Positions 12,082-25,779 of a DNA stretch of 64,000 bases are shown piece by piece. Position 1 is the first letter of the stretch. Each line of letters begins with the position of its first letter. This DNA is from Pristiophorus japonicus (lineage: Eukaryota), in NCBI RefSeq assembly GCF_044704955.1, contig NC_091999.1, forward strand, positions 53,444,001 through 53,508,000, written 5' to 3'. The position numbers were made by a program, and so were the translations under genes. The notes below the pieces were generated by a model that saw only the letters and a list, made by a program, of their open reading frames with translations, was not told the origin of the DNA and did not search any database.

Positions 12082-14804
12082 TTATTTAACACATTTAACA
12101 ATTACAGTAAAGATTTATTTCACCACATTCTTGAACTCCTCTCAGAATTTCGTCTGGGTAAGGCATCAATACATGTGTTGGTGCAGCAACTCAGGAGCTG
12201 AAGCATAAATCCCATTTCCTGTATATAATCAGGTAGATGTACAGGAATAAATTTTAACGAATACAATCGATTAACCACAGAAGACAACATAAACACTGCC
12301 CATAAGAGGATAAAATTCCCGGTAAAACAAAGAGTAAAATTATGGATTTCCTTCACTTCTCCATCTCTGGGTCACTGGGATTCTCCCCACTTCTGTGGGC
12401 CTGGAGTCTCCTGCGGGCTCTGCTCGATACTAAAAGTGTTTGACAGTTAAAGCATTGAGCAGACGTAAGAACAAATGGAAAAACGGTGTAATAATATAAT
12501 GAAGGAATTCAATTACTGTCCGTGACGCATAGACAACCCATCTAACAAAGCGCAACCAGGGATTATTGGAAATCTGATACATACCTCCAAACATAAAATA
12601 CCAGAAAGTGTTCTATACACAGAACAGCGCACTCACTGTTCCCACAACAACAGTCACCGTTTTGTCGGTGCAATATTTGGGTTTGAGCTTCTGACAGGAA
12701 ATGGCTATACGTCGATCAAAGGTAAAAGCAGCTGTGAACCAGATTGAACAGTCTGTGACTGCGTAAAGAAGGATGGCATGGATATTACACACTTTAATGT
12801 CTCACATGAACTCAAACGCGGTTGAATAACGAATAGAAATCTTCCTGGATATCAGGTCGAGGAGAACGACAGCAGATCCACCGCTGCCATTGCCATCAGG
12901 TAACGGGTGACACACTTGGAGAGACCGCACCTTCGTCGATACAGGATCATTATTGTCACTAAGTTCACTGCAAGGAAGAGAAAAACATGGGATTTTATTT
13001 CAGCTTGAGAGCAACAACAGCTCTCTCAAAGAATTACGTGTGAAATGTGTCACGATTAAATGAACCAGCCAATGGGACTGGTGGTGTGTGGGTCAGGACT
13101 GATGAAATCATCGGATGGGATATGTGGTGTTTGGCACAGGTACAGAATGAACCAATGTATGGGACGTGTGGATGTTGAGACAGGAACTGAATGTACCAGT
13201 GGATGGGATGTTTTGGTATTGTGACAGGGAGTGAATGAAGTGGTGGATGTGATGTGTGGGTTCTGGGTCATAACTGAAAGAATTAGTGGATTGGACTTTT
13301 GCCGGGTGGGTAAAGCGCTGAATGAGACTCTAATATAACGCCATATCCAAGTCAGAAGAAGCAATCATTCAGCAGAAGAAGCCGCGAGTTTTTGAATAAC
13401 CTGTGTCCATTGAGGGAAATAGATTAATTGTTGCAGGGATGGGAATGTAGTAACTGGACAGCGAGGGGAATGAAATATGTGTCCATGGAGAAGAATGAAG
13501 TTGGGGGCCAAGGAAGGGAATGGAGTCTGTCGCCAAGGAAAGGAATGGAGTCTGTGGCCAAGAAAAGGAATGGAGTCTGTGACAGTGAGGGGAATGGAGT
13601 ATTTGGCCAGGGAGAGGAATCGATTCTTTTCCAGGAAGAGGAATGGAATCTGTGTCCAGGGAGGGGAATGGAATCTTTGGCGAGGTTACGGCGGTTGTGT
13701 CGAAGGCTGAAGAAGATGACTTGAATTGCATTATGTGTCGATATCAGAACCTTTACAACCATTGTATTGAAAGTACACTTTGTAACTGGCTTAAGCTGAA
13801 TTTCCAAGAATATTGCAAATAATCTTTAAAGAAGGGGCTGTCGTTTACAATAGACTGATGATGACCCATGTTGTAAGATGTCACAGAAGATTTTCGAACG
13901 TGTCTGTTTACAGATGGAACCGTGTCAACCAGCTGCCTTTCACCTTGTGTGAGAAAGTTACAGACTTCCACTTGACAGAGAGAGTTTGAGACTGGAAATA
14001 TCAAAATATTTCACAATTCAGTGCTCCGTTTTGAATCCGCCAAAATAGTTGCTACCATGCGGCTCACGCCGAGATGTCCTGAACTGTGGCTGAACAAGGG
14101 AAATAAATCAATTCAAACACAACTGAATAAACATTTTACTGGAAGACGTATTGCAGTTTTAACCCTATACTGATCATCTGGAATTAGTGAATGTGAGGCA
14201 GAGCGGGAGGCGGTGGAAATTATGACAACTGTCTATAGCTGAATCATTAGTGGATAATATCTCATATCTCAGTGTATTTGTGAACGAACTCTCAACGCTG
14301 GTTTCCACACATCTGTGTCATTAATTATAACCAGCGGTCTTAAAACTCTTGTTACGGCTGAACACTTATTTATTATCCAACACTGGACATCAGTGCAGAA
14401 AGCTGACTGCAAGCTGTTCAATAAAGTAAATCGTTCACTAACATATCTTGTGTCAATAAAATCAAATTTCTGCCAAATTCTGTAAACCACTAACATTGGA
14501 AGCAAGTTGTGGAAGCAACATACTGTTCATTGAACTGGGAGCAGCGAATCAGCAAATGATCAAACATTACATGACAGAAACGTCTGTGCATTGCAGACAC
14601 AGAACAAGAGGTTTAAATTGATACAATTAATAACTAGAACTAAAGTACAAGGACAGCAAATACAGAGAAACATGGGTTACATAATTAATTGCAGATGAAG
14701 GACTCACCAGGAACACCAACAGCAGCGAGAAGCGTGTAATCAAAACGTTCCACATTGAAAAGTGACCACAGGATCCAAAGCTCAGTTGGAATCTCCCAGA
14801 ACAT
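12082..14804 (-). pseudogene. GPR139-like class A GPCR pseudogene, copy 1 (exon 1 14804-14708; exon 2 12967-12082)
   Basis: Exon 1 MFWEIPTELWILWSLFNVERFDYTLLAAVGVP with GT donor; exon 2 with FTFDR, GNFILLW, QLLSCCTNTCI; several frameshifting indels. Confidence 0.9.
13070..13690. repeat. Intronic minisatellites (~39-bp and ~20-bp ggaatggagtctgt units)
   Basis: Repeated ggaatggagtctgt at 13510-13680; mirrored at 42060-42670. Confidence 0.8.
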
Positions 14805-15261
14805 GATTTGACTTTCTGTGAGCTCCTATGAGCGTTGTTATTTTTAGACAACAACCTCAGTCAAACATTGCTATACAGACATGAAAACAAATCCCTAATT
14901 ATAGCCTGAGGGAACTCTCCAGTGAGACAATTAAACTGCATACTGAAGGATATTAATTACAGTCACTGAATAAACAAGTTGTCCGAACCTTTTCTTTGCA
15001 TCACATTCAATTGCAAGATATCTTAAAAGCAACTTGGCTTTCAGATCAAATAACTTTATTCAAAACCAAGCACTATTGCTAAAAACAGAAATTGATCATT
15101 CCACAGTATCACAGCATGAATGTGAAGTGAGCAGCTTCATTTAGGGAGTTTCTATTATTACTGCGATATAAAATAACTCTTTAATTTCAGATTTTCAATT
15201 CACTTCTCGGGGTAACACAAGAGAATTAAAACAAATGGAAGGATAGAGGCAGGCTAAGTAA

Positions 15262-15920
15262 AGGTCAGTAACATACATGGGGACTAACAGTACAGTGCTA
15301 ATTAAGGATACATGGGGACTGATAATATAATGGTCAGTAAGGATACATGGGGATTAATAATACAAGATCAGTAAGAGTACATGGAGACAGATAATACAGT
15401 GGTCAGTAAGGATACATGAGGACTGATAATACAATTGTCTGTAAGGACACATGGGTACAGGTAATACAGTGGTCAGTAAGGATACATGAGGACTGATAAT
15501 ACAATTGTCAGTAAGGATACATGGGTACTGATAATACAATGGTCAGTAAAGGTATAAGAGGACTGATAATACAATGGTCACTAAGGGTACATGGTAACTG
15601 TAAATAAAATGGCGAGTAAGGATCCATGTGGACTGATAATACAATGGTCAGAAAGTGTTCATGGGGACGGATAATACAATGGTCAGTAAGGGTACGTAGT
15701 GACTGTTAATATAATGGTGAGTAAGGATACATGGAGGCAGATAATACAGAGGTCAGTAAGGATACATGGGGACAGATAATACAGTGGTCAGTAAATGGAC
15801 ATGGTGACAGAAAATATATTGGTCAGTAAGCTTACATGGGGACAGATAATACAATGGTCAGTAAGGATACGTGTATGCTGTTAATACAATGGTCAGTAAG
15901 GATTCATGGACCCAGATGCT
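15262..15920 (+). repeat. 35-bp minisatellite (ggtcagtaaggatacatggggactgataatacaat)n
   Basis: About 18 degenerate tandem units upstream of GPCR exon 1. Confidence 0.92.
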
Positions 15921-15989
15921 ATACTGAAAGTCACAGGCCATCCTATGGTTTATTTTCCTCAGAGCAGTGAATGTGGAGATTGAAAGTCA

Positions 15990-17889
15990 AGAATGGAGTG
16001 AAAGGAGCCGAGAAGTGAGGAGGGGAGAAGAGAGGACAGGAGGAGGGAGGGAGTAGATGAGAGGAGATGAGTGCGGAGGACAGGAGAGGAGGGGAATAGG
16101 AGAGCAGAGGTGAGGGGAGGAGATGAGTGGTGTGGAGAAGACAGCAGAGCAGAGTAGAGGATAGGAGGTGAGAGGAGAGGGTTGGAACAGGAAAGAGAGA
16201 AGGGGAGCAAGAAGGGGAGGAAAGGTTGCTGGAGGAGAGGATAGATAAGAGGGGAAGTAGAGAGGAGAACAGAGGAGAGCAGAGCAGAGATGAGTAGAGG
16301 AATGGAGAGGAGACTTGATAAGGGGAGAGGAGAGGACAAGAGAGGATAGGAGGATATAGCAGAGGGGAAGAGAGAGAAGGGGAATGGAGATGATAGTGTA
16401 GGGGAGATGGTAGGAGAGGAGAGTGGAATAGAGGTGGGGAGAAGGTAGTAGAGAGAAGAGAGATGAGAGGAGAGGGAAGAGGAGGAGAGGAGCAGAGTGG
16501 AAAAGGGAGGAATGTGGAGAAGTGGAGAGGGGCGAGAGGATGAGAGGAAAGGAGAGTAGAGCAGAGGAGAGGGGAAGGGCGGTGGGAGAGCAGAGGAGAG
16601 ACCATCAGAGGAGAGAATAGGAAGAAAGTGGGGGGAGCAGGGCGAGAAGAGATGAGAAGGGAGGGGAGGAGAGGGGAGAAGAGAGGGGAAGTGGAGAGGT
16701 GAGTAGAAGAGAAGGCAGGAGACGAGAGTGTAGCGGAGAGGTGAGTACAGGTTAATGGAAAAGAAGGGTGGTGAAGTTAGGGGAGAAGAGGAGGAGGTGA
16801 AAAGAGGGTAGAGGAAAGGAGAGAAGAAGGGAGGAGAGCTTAGGAGGGCTAGGAGAGGAGTGAAGAAGAGAGGAGTGGAGAGGGTACAGGAGAGCAGAGA
16901 ATGGAGAGGAGCTGGAAGGAGAGGAGAGGGGAGAACATCAGAGGACACAAGTGAGGAGAGGAGTTAAAATGAAAGGGGAGAAGAGGTGAGGAGGAGAGGG
17001 GAGAGGAGAGGAGGGGAGAATTAGGGGAGCGAAGTAGAGATGATTGGAGTGGAGAGGATGGAGAGGAGAGAGGAGAGTGGAGATCGAAGCGACTTGAAAA
17101 CAGGGGAGAGGAGAGGATAGGTGAGGATAGGATAGGAGAGGAGATGAGAGAGCAGAGGAGAGGAGATGAGAGGAAAATGGAGGAGAGGAAATGGGAGGAG
17201 AAGAGGGTAGAGGAGAGGGGAGAATGGAGTAGAGGCGTGGAGAAGATAGGCGAGAGGGGAGAAAATGAGGACACAAGAGAGTTGAGGAGAACAGCTGAAA
17301 GGGGAGGAGAGTTGCGGAGAGGGGAGAGGAGAGAGGAGAGGGGAGAGGAGAAGGGAGAGGACGGGAAGACAGGTGAGGAGAGAAGTGGAGAGGAGAGAGA
17401 AGGAGATGGGAGAAAGGAGGAGCCGAGTGATGATGATAGGGGATGAGAGGTGAGAGGAGGAGAGAAGTTGAAAGGAAAAGGAGTTGAGCAGAGGGCAGAG
17501 GAGATGAGAGGAGTGTGGAGAAGAGGAGAGGCGAGAGGAGGAGAGTAGTGGAGAGGGGAGGAAAAGAGAGATGAGGGGAGAGAGGAGGGAAGAGATGAGC
17601 AGGGAGGGGACGAGAGTGTACGGGAGGAGAAGGGAGAAGAAAGCAGAGCAGGGGAGAGTAGAGGAACGGAGATTAGATGTGATGAGAGGAGAGGAGAGGA
17701 GAGGAAAGTGGAGTGAAGAGGGGAGGGGATTAGAGGAGAGGACTGGGGAGAGGAGAGGAGAGGGTAGGGACGAGGGTAGTAGAGGAGAATAGAGTAGAGG
17801 AGGGGAGAAGGTAGGGGAGAGGAGATGAGATGAGCATAGGAGACACGTGAGGAGAGAGGAGAGGAGAGGGGAGAGGTGAGGAAGGGAAG
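15990..17889 (+). repeat. GA-rich (polypurine) low-complexity tract
   Basis: Almost only A/G on +; the long Ser/Pro/Leu ORFs here are compositional artefacts. Confidence 0.92.
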
Positions 17890-19204
17890 TGTTCGGGTAA
17901 AAAGGAGGCTTCTCTCCTTCAAGGTGGAGTAACTGATGTAGTTAATCGATAGCTGCCCGTTCGTTGGGCTAAAAGGAGGCTTCTCTCCCTCGGAATGGAC
18001 TAACTGATATAGTTAATCGACACCTCGCCCAGCTTCCCACTGTATAACGACTATGGAAGGAAACAAACGAAACCTCAGGTTTATCGGTTTTATTACAAGC
18101 AATGGACGGGAAGGTTCAATCTTGAAACCTCTGAAATAGAGCGTTTTCAAGCATAACTTACACAGGTGTTGGAGAGGAGCAATCCTCCTACAAAATCATC
18201 GACAGGTCTATTGCTATCAGCGAAGTTACATTGATTTGTTGACTCTTATCAGACGGGCTCTGAGTGGTACATACAACTGCCCGTCTCTCATCATTGTTTT
18301 GTTCAATTTTGCCCTCTACCCCAGTCGATCCGACGCCTGGTGTGGTTGTCCTGGCTTCTTTATCTCTTCGCAGGGACATTTAAACAAAACTACTGGCTTT
18401 GGCTGTTTAAGTGGTACTAAGGTTAAGCTATAATATAATGCGTATACGTGTGTTGTACCTTTATAAGGAAGTGTTGCATACATAGGCAATTGAAAAGTTC
18501 ACAACCTTCAGCATAATTCTAATATCTACATACTTACTATTAATCCTTCACAATTCCCCCAAATGGCCCTTGACTATATGCCCAAGATAGGCAATTTCGC
18601 AATTAATTCCACATGGGTGAGCTTCCAGGGTTGTCCTTGCACTTGGATAGTGCCACTTCCCGAGCTCTTGGACCTATCTGTTGGCTTTCCCATCAAGGTT
18701 ATACTATGTAAGTCATTTCTGCCGGATTGTCTGATTTCCCTTTCTTCAATGTTTTAACTATAGTACAGGCTAGGGTCTGCCTCTTACGTCGGTTACAGCT
18801 TTTAAAAGGATAATACTAGCAAGGTGAGTACCCTTGCACAACAACCAGTACATTGAGTCCAGCATAGTTCGTGTGCAAGTCCTTTCTAGCCAACATTTTC
18901 TCGGTGTTCGAATTATGCCCCGCATGGGGTATCCTCTCATTCTTCTTTCTTTCCTGCACTTGGGGTCTTCCCTATTCTGCCGAATTTCTGCCCTGCCGAG
19001 GCTATCTTCTATGTTGTCGAATGGCGTCCAATTCAGTCGAGTTTGTTTCTCTTTCAGTTTGAATATCGGTTTTGCTTGTGGCCCGATGGCCTTCGTATAA
19101 CCTCCTCAGGTAATGTCCATCATGGTCCCATCGATCTTTCCTCCTTTAGCTCGGGGCTTATAATAAATCCATTTATATCTGTCTCGTCAAGTGGAGTAAA
19201 GCAG
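17890..19204 (-). mobile_element. 3' end of spuma/loki-like provirus: env-like C-terminal remnant, PPT, 3' LTR (17890-18552)
   Basis: Minus strand gggggaat-TGTGAAGG...ACA; paralogous to 28963-29961; upstream hydrophobic stretch (NVLVVVQG...LLVLSF). Confidence 0.7.
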
Positions 19205-19209
19205 AAATC

Positions 19210-21798
19210 AACAAAACTTAATTAATTCCTTCTCATTGCACAATACCCAATCTAGGATAGCCTGTTCCTGCTTAGGCTCCTCAACATACAGGTCGAAAAA
19301 AACATCTCGTACACACTCCAGGAATTTATCTTCCATGGTATTATTGCTCATTTGGTTTGGCCAGTATAAATTCAGATTAAAGTCACCTACGATTACCGTA
19401 GTACCCTTGTTACATGCTTCTCTAATTTCCTGTTTGATGCCGTCCCCTACATTACCACCGTTGTTTAGAGGCCTATAGATAACTCCCACCAATGTTTTCT
19501 GCCCCTTGGTGCTGCTTAGCTCCACCTTTACTGATTCTACATCTTGATTTTCTGAGCCAATATCCTTTCTCACTCTTGATCGGATTTCATCCTTTACTAA
19601 CAACGCACACCACCCCCTTTTCCATTTTGCCTGTCCTGCCTAAATATCTATTATCCTTGCCTATCGAATTCACACTGATCACGCTGCAACCATGTACCGT
19701 AATTGCAACTATATAGTATCCGTTTACATCCATTTGCGCTGCTAATTCATGTTCCTTATTACGGATGCTTCGTGCTCTCATAAACAATGCTTTTAGATTA
19801 GTATTTTTAGCATTATTAGACATCTTAACATTATTTTGTACTATAGCCCTTATGTCTTATCGCTATTTTTTCTTACCTGGACCCTATTTGCTAGTGCACT
19901 TTTTTGTTTGTATGCTCTATCCCTTCCTGATGTAAACTGTGTATCATTACCAAAGTCAGTTTCCTGCATTGCTTCCTTTTCTTTTCTCCAGCATTCTGGA
20001 TTCCTCTTCATTGTGAACCTCCCCTCCGCATTATTTATTTTAAATCCCAATCCACCTCCATAGTTATTTGATTCGCTAGAATTGTGGTCCCAGCATAGTT
20101 CAGGTGTAGTCTCTCCCCACGGAACAGCTCTCTCTTTCTCGAGTATTGGTGCCAGTGCCCCAAGAATCTAAATCCACTTCTTCGACACCAACCTCTGAGC
20201 CACGTATTCATCTCCCTGATTCGACTGACCCTATGCCAATTTGCTCGTGGCTCAGGTAATAATGCAGAGATTATTACCTTTGTGGTTCTGCTTTTCCATT
20301 TAGTCCCTAGCTGTTCAAACTCTCTCAGCAGAAACTCTTTCTTAGTCCTACCTCTGTCATTGGTACCAACGTGTAATACGACAAATGGACTCTCCCCCTC
20401 CCACTAAAACTTCTTCTCCAGTCCGGAAGCGATGTCCTTTATCCTGGCAACGAGTATGACACACAGCCTTCGGGACCCACGCTCCAGGTTGCAGAGCACC
20501 CTATCTCTCCCCCTAACTATAATGTTCCCTACCACAACCAACTTCCCCTTTGCTCCCCCCACTTGAACGGCGTTCTGCAGCACCGTGCCTTGGTCAATCT
20601 GCTACTTCACCCCGCAGTCTGCACACTTGTCCACAAGGGTTTCAAGAACATCAAATCTATTAGAGAAGTGCAGGGACTAAGTCTCCGGCAATACTAACCC
20701 CTGGATCCCCGTACCTGCCTCACTCTCAGTCACACCCTCCTGTCCCTGACTACGTGCCAATTCTAAAGTATTTAATTTACACGGTGTAGCTGCCTCCTGG
20801 AGGAAAAGGTCCAGGTAACTTGCTCCCGCCCTGATGTCTCGCAATGTCTGCAGCTCGGAATCCAGCTCCTCAACTTGGAGTCGAAGTTTGTCGATTCGCA
20901 GACACTTACCGCAGGTGTAATCGCCCTGGGCCAAAACTTCCAGAAGCTCCCACATATTGCAGCAGCTCCTGTTTCACCATTATTTTATTTAATTATTTAG
21001 TTTAGTGTTAATCAAATTATTTACCATATATTCTTTATTCAATTAGTTGAACAAATATAGGTCAGTTTTTAGAATGCAGTTATATGCTATATGTTAATTT
21101 AAAAGAAAAAATTAGCCCACAATCTCTACCAATCACTTACCTGTGCTGTCACACAGCAGAGTTCTCTCCATCCGGAGCCGTGCAATCTCCTGGGAGAGGC
21201 AAAAAATCAGATAAAAACCCAGGCCAATTGTGGAATAAATCTGGGAAAATTCCTCTCCGTCCCAACCACGTGATGGAAATAAGCCCAGGATATCACACTG
21301 GCCTTCTTAAATTCCTTGAATTTGCAGGTCTGCTTTTATCCCCAATCTCGGGCCTCAGTCTACTCCCGCTCAGTTACGCCGCCGCTCTGCAGAAAAAGTT
21401 AGGAAAAACAAGGCAAAGAAACACCTCCACCCCCAACTTCACCAAACTCTCCCACTTACCAAACTCTCAGGTTTCCCACTCTGAGCTGCTGCACTCCGTC
21501 CTACCTGCACCCAGCCCTCGGTTTTGAAGCTGCTTGTCGCTCATATGAGTCACCGCTGGTCAACTATTTAAATAACCGGTTTAATTAGCTTTAACCATCC
21601 AGTTTTTCGCAAACTTGTGGAGATCTAGCAAGTTTGTCTCTGCTTAAGTTTGAAAGAATCCTAAATATTTAACGGTTAACCTTACTTAGAAGCTATCAAC
21701 ACTTGTCAGTTGCCTCCAAATCGTTTAAAACAGATGGCTCGTTTAAACTCTCCCACTGACCAAAATCTCAGGTTTCCCACTCTGAGCTGCTGCACTCC
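19210..21798 (-). mobile_element. CR1 LINE 5' part: 5' UTR, ORF1 (zinc finger/leucine zipper, esterase), ORF2 endonuclease
   Basis: ORF 20677..20955 MWE...YTCGKC...LRLQVEELDSELQTLR; ORF 19208..19603 GVIYRP...IVGDFN...AILDWVLCN. Confidence 0.9.
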
Positions 21799-24490
21799 TG
21801 GAGACCCGAATAATTGGGCTGGAGAGAGGGCTTTAACCTAAATAGTTGGGGGAGGTGTCAGGTGAGCAGACATTTAAAAAGTCAAAGGCAATAGAGTAGG
21901 GTAGCGGTGGGCGAAATGAGAACCAGAGAGGAAGGGACAGAATGCATAAAGATATGTGTACCAGAAAGTGGAGTCAAACCAGGGAAAAACGGTAAAAAGG
22001 CAACATTTAAATCTCTTTATCTCAATGCAAGCAGCATTCATAACAATATTGACGATTTGACAGAACAGGTAGATACATATACATGGGTGTGATCTGATAG
22101 CCAATGCAGAGACGTGATGGCAAGCTGACCAAGGCTAGGAATGGAAAACTCAGGGGTATTTGACAATACGGATGGGTAGACAGAAAGAAAATATAGTTGG
22201 GGTAGCTCTGTTAATAAAGGATGAGATCAGTGTATTAATGAGAAATGATATTGGATCAGAAAATCAATCAGTTTGGTTGGAGATAAGAAATAATAAGGGG
22301 AAGAAAACACTGTTGGGCGTAGTCTATAGGCCCCCTAAGTAGCTACACAGTTGTACGGAATATAAATCAAGATAATAACGGAGGCTTTTAAGAAAGGTAC
22401 GACAATAAAGACTGGACAAATGAAATTGCCCAAGGTAGCTTTGAAGAAATGTTCATAGAGTGTATCCGGGATGTTTTCCTTGAACAGTATGTTACAGAAC
22501 CAATCAGGTAGCAAGCTATCCTGGAACTGGTACTGTGTAATGAGTTAGGATTAATAAATGATGTCGTAGTAAGGGATCCTCGAGGAAAGAGAGATCATGG
22601 CAGGGTTGAATTTCAAATTCAGTTGGAGGGTGAGCAAGTTGGATATCAAACCAATATCCTGAAGTTAAATGAAGGCGATTAGAAAGGTATGAAGGCAGAA
22701 TTGGAAAAAGTGGACTGGAAAAATAGATTAAAATGTAAGATGGTTGATAAGCAGTGGCAGACATTTAAGGAGATATTTCATAACTCTCAAAAAAAATTTA
22801 TTCCTGTGAAAAGGAAAGACTTTAAGAGAAGGGAGAAGCATTGTGTCTAACTAAGGAAGTAAAGGACGGTATAAAATTGAAAACAATGACATACAAAGTG
22901 GCCAAGATTAGTGGGAGGTGAGAGGATTGGGAATTTAAAAAAATCCAAAAAAGTACGACTAAAAAATGAATAATGAAAGGGAAGATAGAGTATGAGAGCA
23001 AACTAGCAAGAAATTTTAAATCAGATAGTAAGAATTCCTACAGGTACATAAAAAGTAAGAGAGTAGCTAAAGTAAACGTTGTCCCTCAGAGGATGAGACT
23101 GGGGAATTAATAATAGGGAACAGGGAAATGGCGGAGTTTTTAAATATATATTTTGTATCGGTCTTCACGATAGAAGACAATAAAAACATCGCAATAATGG
23201 ATAATCAGGTGGCTCCGGGGAGGGAGGAACTTAAAACAATCACTATCACTAAATAAAAAGTATTTGGTAAAATAAGGGGACGAAAGGTGGTCAAGTCACC
23301 TGGAACTGATGGCTTGCATCCTAGGGTCTTAAAAGTGGCTGCAGAGATAGTGGATTTATTGGTGGTAATCTACATAAATTCCCTGGAATGTGGAGAGATC
23401 ACAATGGATTGGAAAACTGCAAATATCACGCCCCTATTTTAAAAAGGAGATACACAGAAATCAGGAAACTATTGACCATTTAGTCTAACATCTGTCGTTG
23501 GGAAAATGCTGGAGTCCATTACTAAGGAAGCACGAGCAGGACATTTAGAAAAGCATAATATGGTCATGCAGAGTCAGCATGGTTTCATGAAAGGGAAATC
23601 ACATTTGACAAATATGCTGGAGCTCTTTGAGGGTGGAACACGCAGGGTAGAAGGCTGGATAAGGGGGAACCAGTGGATGTCATGTATTTGAATTTCCAGA
23701 AGACATTCGATAATGTTACTGCATAAGGGGCTGGGGGCATTGTATAATCCGGTTGGCAAACGGTACCTAGTGGGGTGCCTCAAGGATCAGTGTTGGGGCC
23801 TCAAATATGTACAATTTACATTATTGATGTGGATGAAGGGACCGAGTGTAATGTAGCCAAGTTTGCTGATGATACAAAGATGTTTGGAAAAGCAAGTTGT
23901 GATGAGGATACAAAATATCTGCAAAGGGACATAGACAGGCTAACTGCGTAGGCAAACATTTGTTGAATGAAGTATAACGTGGGTAAGTGTGAGGCTATCC
24001 ACTTTGACAGGAAAATTAAAAATCAAATTATTATTTAAATGGGGAGAAGTTACAAAATTCTGTAGTAGAGCGGGACATGGGGTCCTTGTGCATGAAACAC
24101 AAAAGGTAAGTATACAACTGCACAGGTTACTGTGAAGCCAAACCTGGAGGACTGTGTCCAGTTTTATTGTCCTTATTTAATTAAGCATATTTTGCGTTGG
24201 AGGCAGTTCAGAGAAGGTTCACTCTTTTGATACCTGAGATGAAAGGGTTGACTTATGAAGAAAGATTGAGCAGGTTGGGCATTTACTCATTGGAGTTTAG
24301 AGGAATGAGAGGTTATCTTAATGAAACGTATAGAATTTTGAGCGGCCTCGACGAGGTAAATGCAGGGAGGATGTTTCACCTCGTGGGGCATACTTTCAGA
24401 ATAAGTGATCGCCCATTTGGAAGTCAGATGAGAAGGAATTTCTTCTATCAGAGGGTTGCAAATCTGTGGCATTCTCTGCCCCAGAGAATC
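21799..24490 (+). mobile_element. CR1 LINE (ORF1 end plus ORF2 EN-RT), decayed; carries the empty Tx1 target at 24081-24098
   Basis: YLNASSI, GVVYRPP, QHGFMKGKS, GVPQGSVLG, KFADD, LEAVQRRFT motifs with many stops. Confidence 0.92.
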
Positions 24491-24679
24491 CAACCTTGTT
24501 CTTCAAATGTAATCACTGCAATGTTTGCAATATTAGAGGGCAGCATCGCTCCAACAATTGAACTAATGTAATACACACAGTCCAATCATCATGGCGATGG
24601 TTCCCTTAACCGAGACCAGTATATTTTTCTGTGGCATTATATGAGCGCAGTTCATGTTTATGGAGCACCACCTTGTTTT

Positions 24680-25200
24680 AGTTCAGTTATCTACTGGTGG
24701 AGTGCTGCACTATCGGAAGCGCCCTCCTTCACTCCAGTCCACTACTGGTGGAGCGTTGGTTTGTCTGAGGCGCCCTCCTTCACTGCAGTTCACTACTGGT
24801 GGAGCGCTGCACTGTCAGAGGCACCCTCCTTCACTCAGTTCACTACTGGTGGAGCGCTGTACTGTCTGAGGCACCCTCCTTGACTGCAGTTCACTATTCG
24901 TGGAGAGCTGCATTATCAGAGGCACCCTCCTTGACTGCAGTTCACCACTGATGGAGCGCTACATTGTCGGAGTTGTCCTCTTTCCAAGGTAGTGCTTAAT
25001 CAGAGATTGCTTCGACCTTCTCTTCACATTCATGGTCGGTCAAACATAGGGCTATTTCAAAGAAGAATATGGTGCTCTCGGTGTCCGCACCAGTATTGCC
25101 ACACCAGCCAACATCAGAAAAACAATTTACCAGCTGCTGCGTGAAAATTTGCGGCTAATTTTCCTACACGTGCTCTTTACGTAAGGTGTGCAAATGTAAA
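24680..25200 (+). repeat. Deu-SINE remnant with its core amplified as ~51-bp tandem units (~6 copies)
   Basis: cactactggtggagcgctgcactgtcagaggcaccctccttcactgcagtt repeats followed by SINE body (ttcaaagaaga...ggtgtcc...caacatca). Confidence 0.7.
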
Positions 25201-25404
25201 ACACTTGCTACATTTCTCACAGATAGGATGCAAAGCTGTTTTAATAGATATTAAAGAGATATTTTAATTTAAAATGAGTGTTTCCAGTTCAAATATATAT
25301 TGCAATGAATGTTTCCACTCAAACCGGGAAATGTTGAACGTATCAGTGCTCGGGGCCCTGCTCCCACTGAATCAATGGAATTGAGAAATCAAAGGAGCAG
25401 CGTA

Positions 25405-25775
25405 TTTATAAAAACATAAGAATATGAGAAATAGGAGCAGGAGTAGGTCCTTTCGCACCCGACCCTGTTTCGCCATTTAATACCATCATGGATGATCTGA
25501 TCATGGACTGAGCTCCGCTCATTTCCCGCTCACCAAAACCCTGTATTCCCTTATCGCTCAAAAATCTGCCAATCTCGACCTTAAATACATACACAGCTCT
25601 CTGGGGCAGATAATTCCACAGATTTTCAACCTCATCTCAGTTTTTAATGACCGGTCCCATATTATGAGACTATGCCGCTTTGTTTTGTACCCCAATAAGT
25701 GGAAATATCCTCTCCGCATCCATCTTGTCGAGCCCCCTCATTGTCTTATATATTTCGATAAGATCACATCTCACT
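25405..25775 (-). mobile_element. CR1 3'-end fragment
   Basis: aacataagaa...aaataggagcaggagtagg tail; minus ORF VFKVEIGRFL. Confidence 0.85.
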
Positions 25776-25779
25776 GTGG

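Larger units (their letters stand above)
9842..18880 (-). repeat. Left arm of inverted segmental duplication
   Basis: Colinear reverse-complement match to 28963-32290 plus 39712-45922 (e.g. 9842-9930 vs 45835-45922; 18720-18880 vs 28963-29123). Confidence 0.95.

Noticed and set aside
15262-15920. CRISPR-like periodic array
   Set aside because: Contiguous 35-bp units without unique spacers, eukaryotic context, no cas genes
15943-17922. Long Ser/Pro/Leu ORFs (220-357 aa), and 320-429 aa ORFs at 29929-32170
   Set aside because: CT-rich low-complexity DNA lacks stop codons; no protein signal
19210-24490. Single CR1 with twin-priming inversion
   Set aside because: Both halves contain their own divergent endonuclease region, so they are two elements
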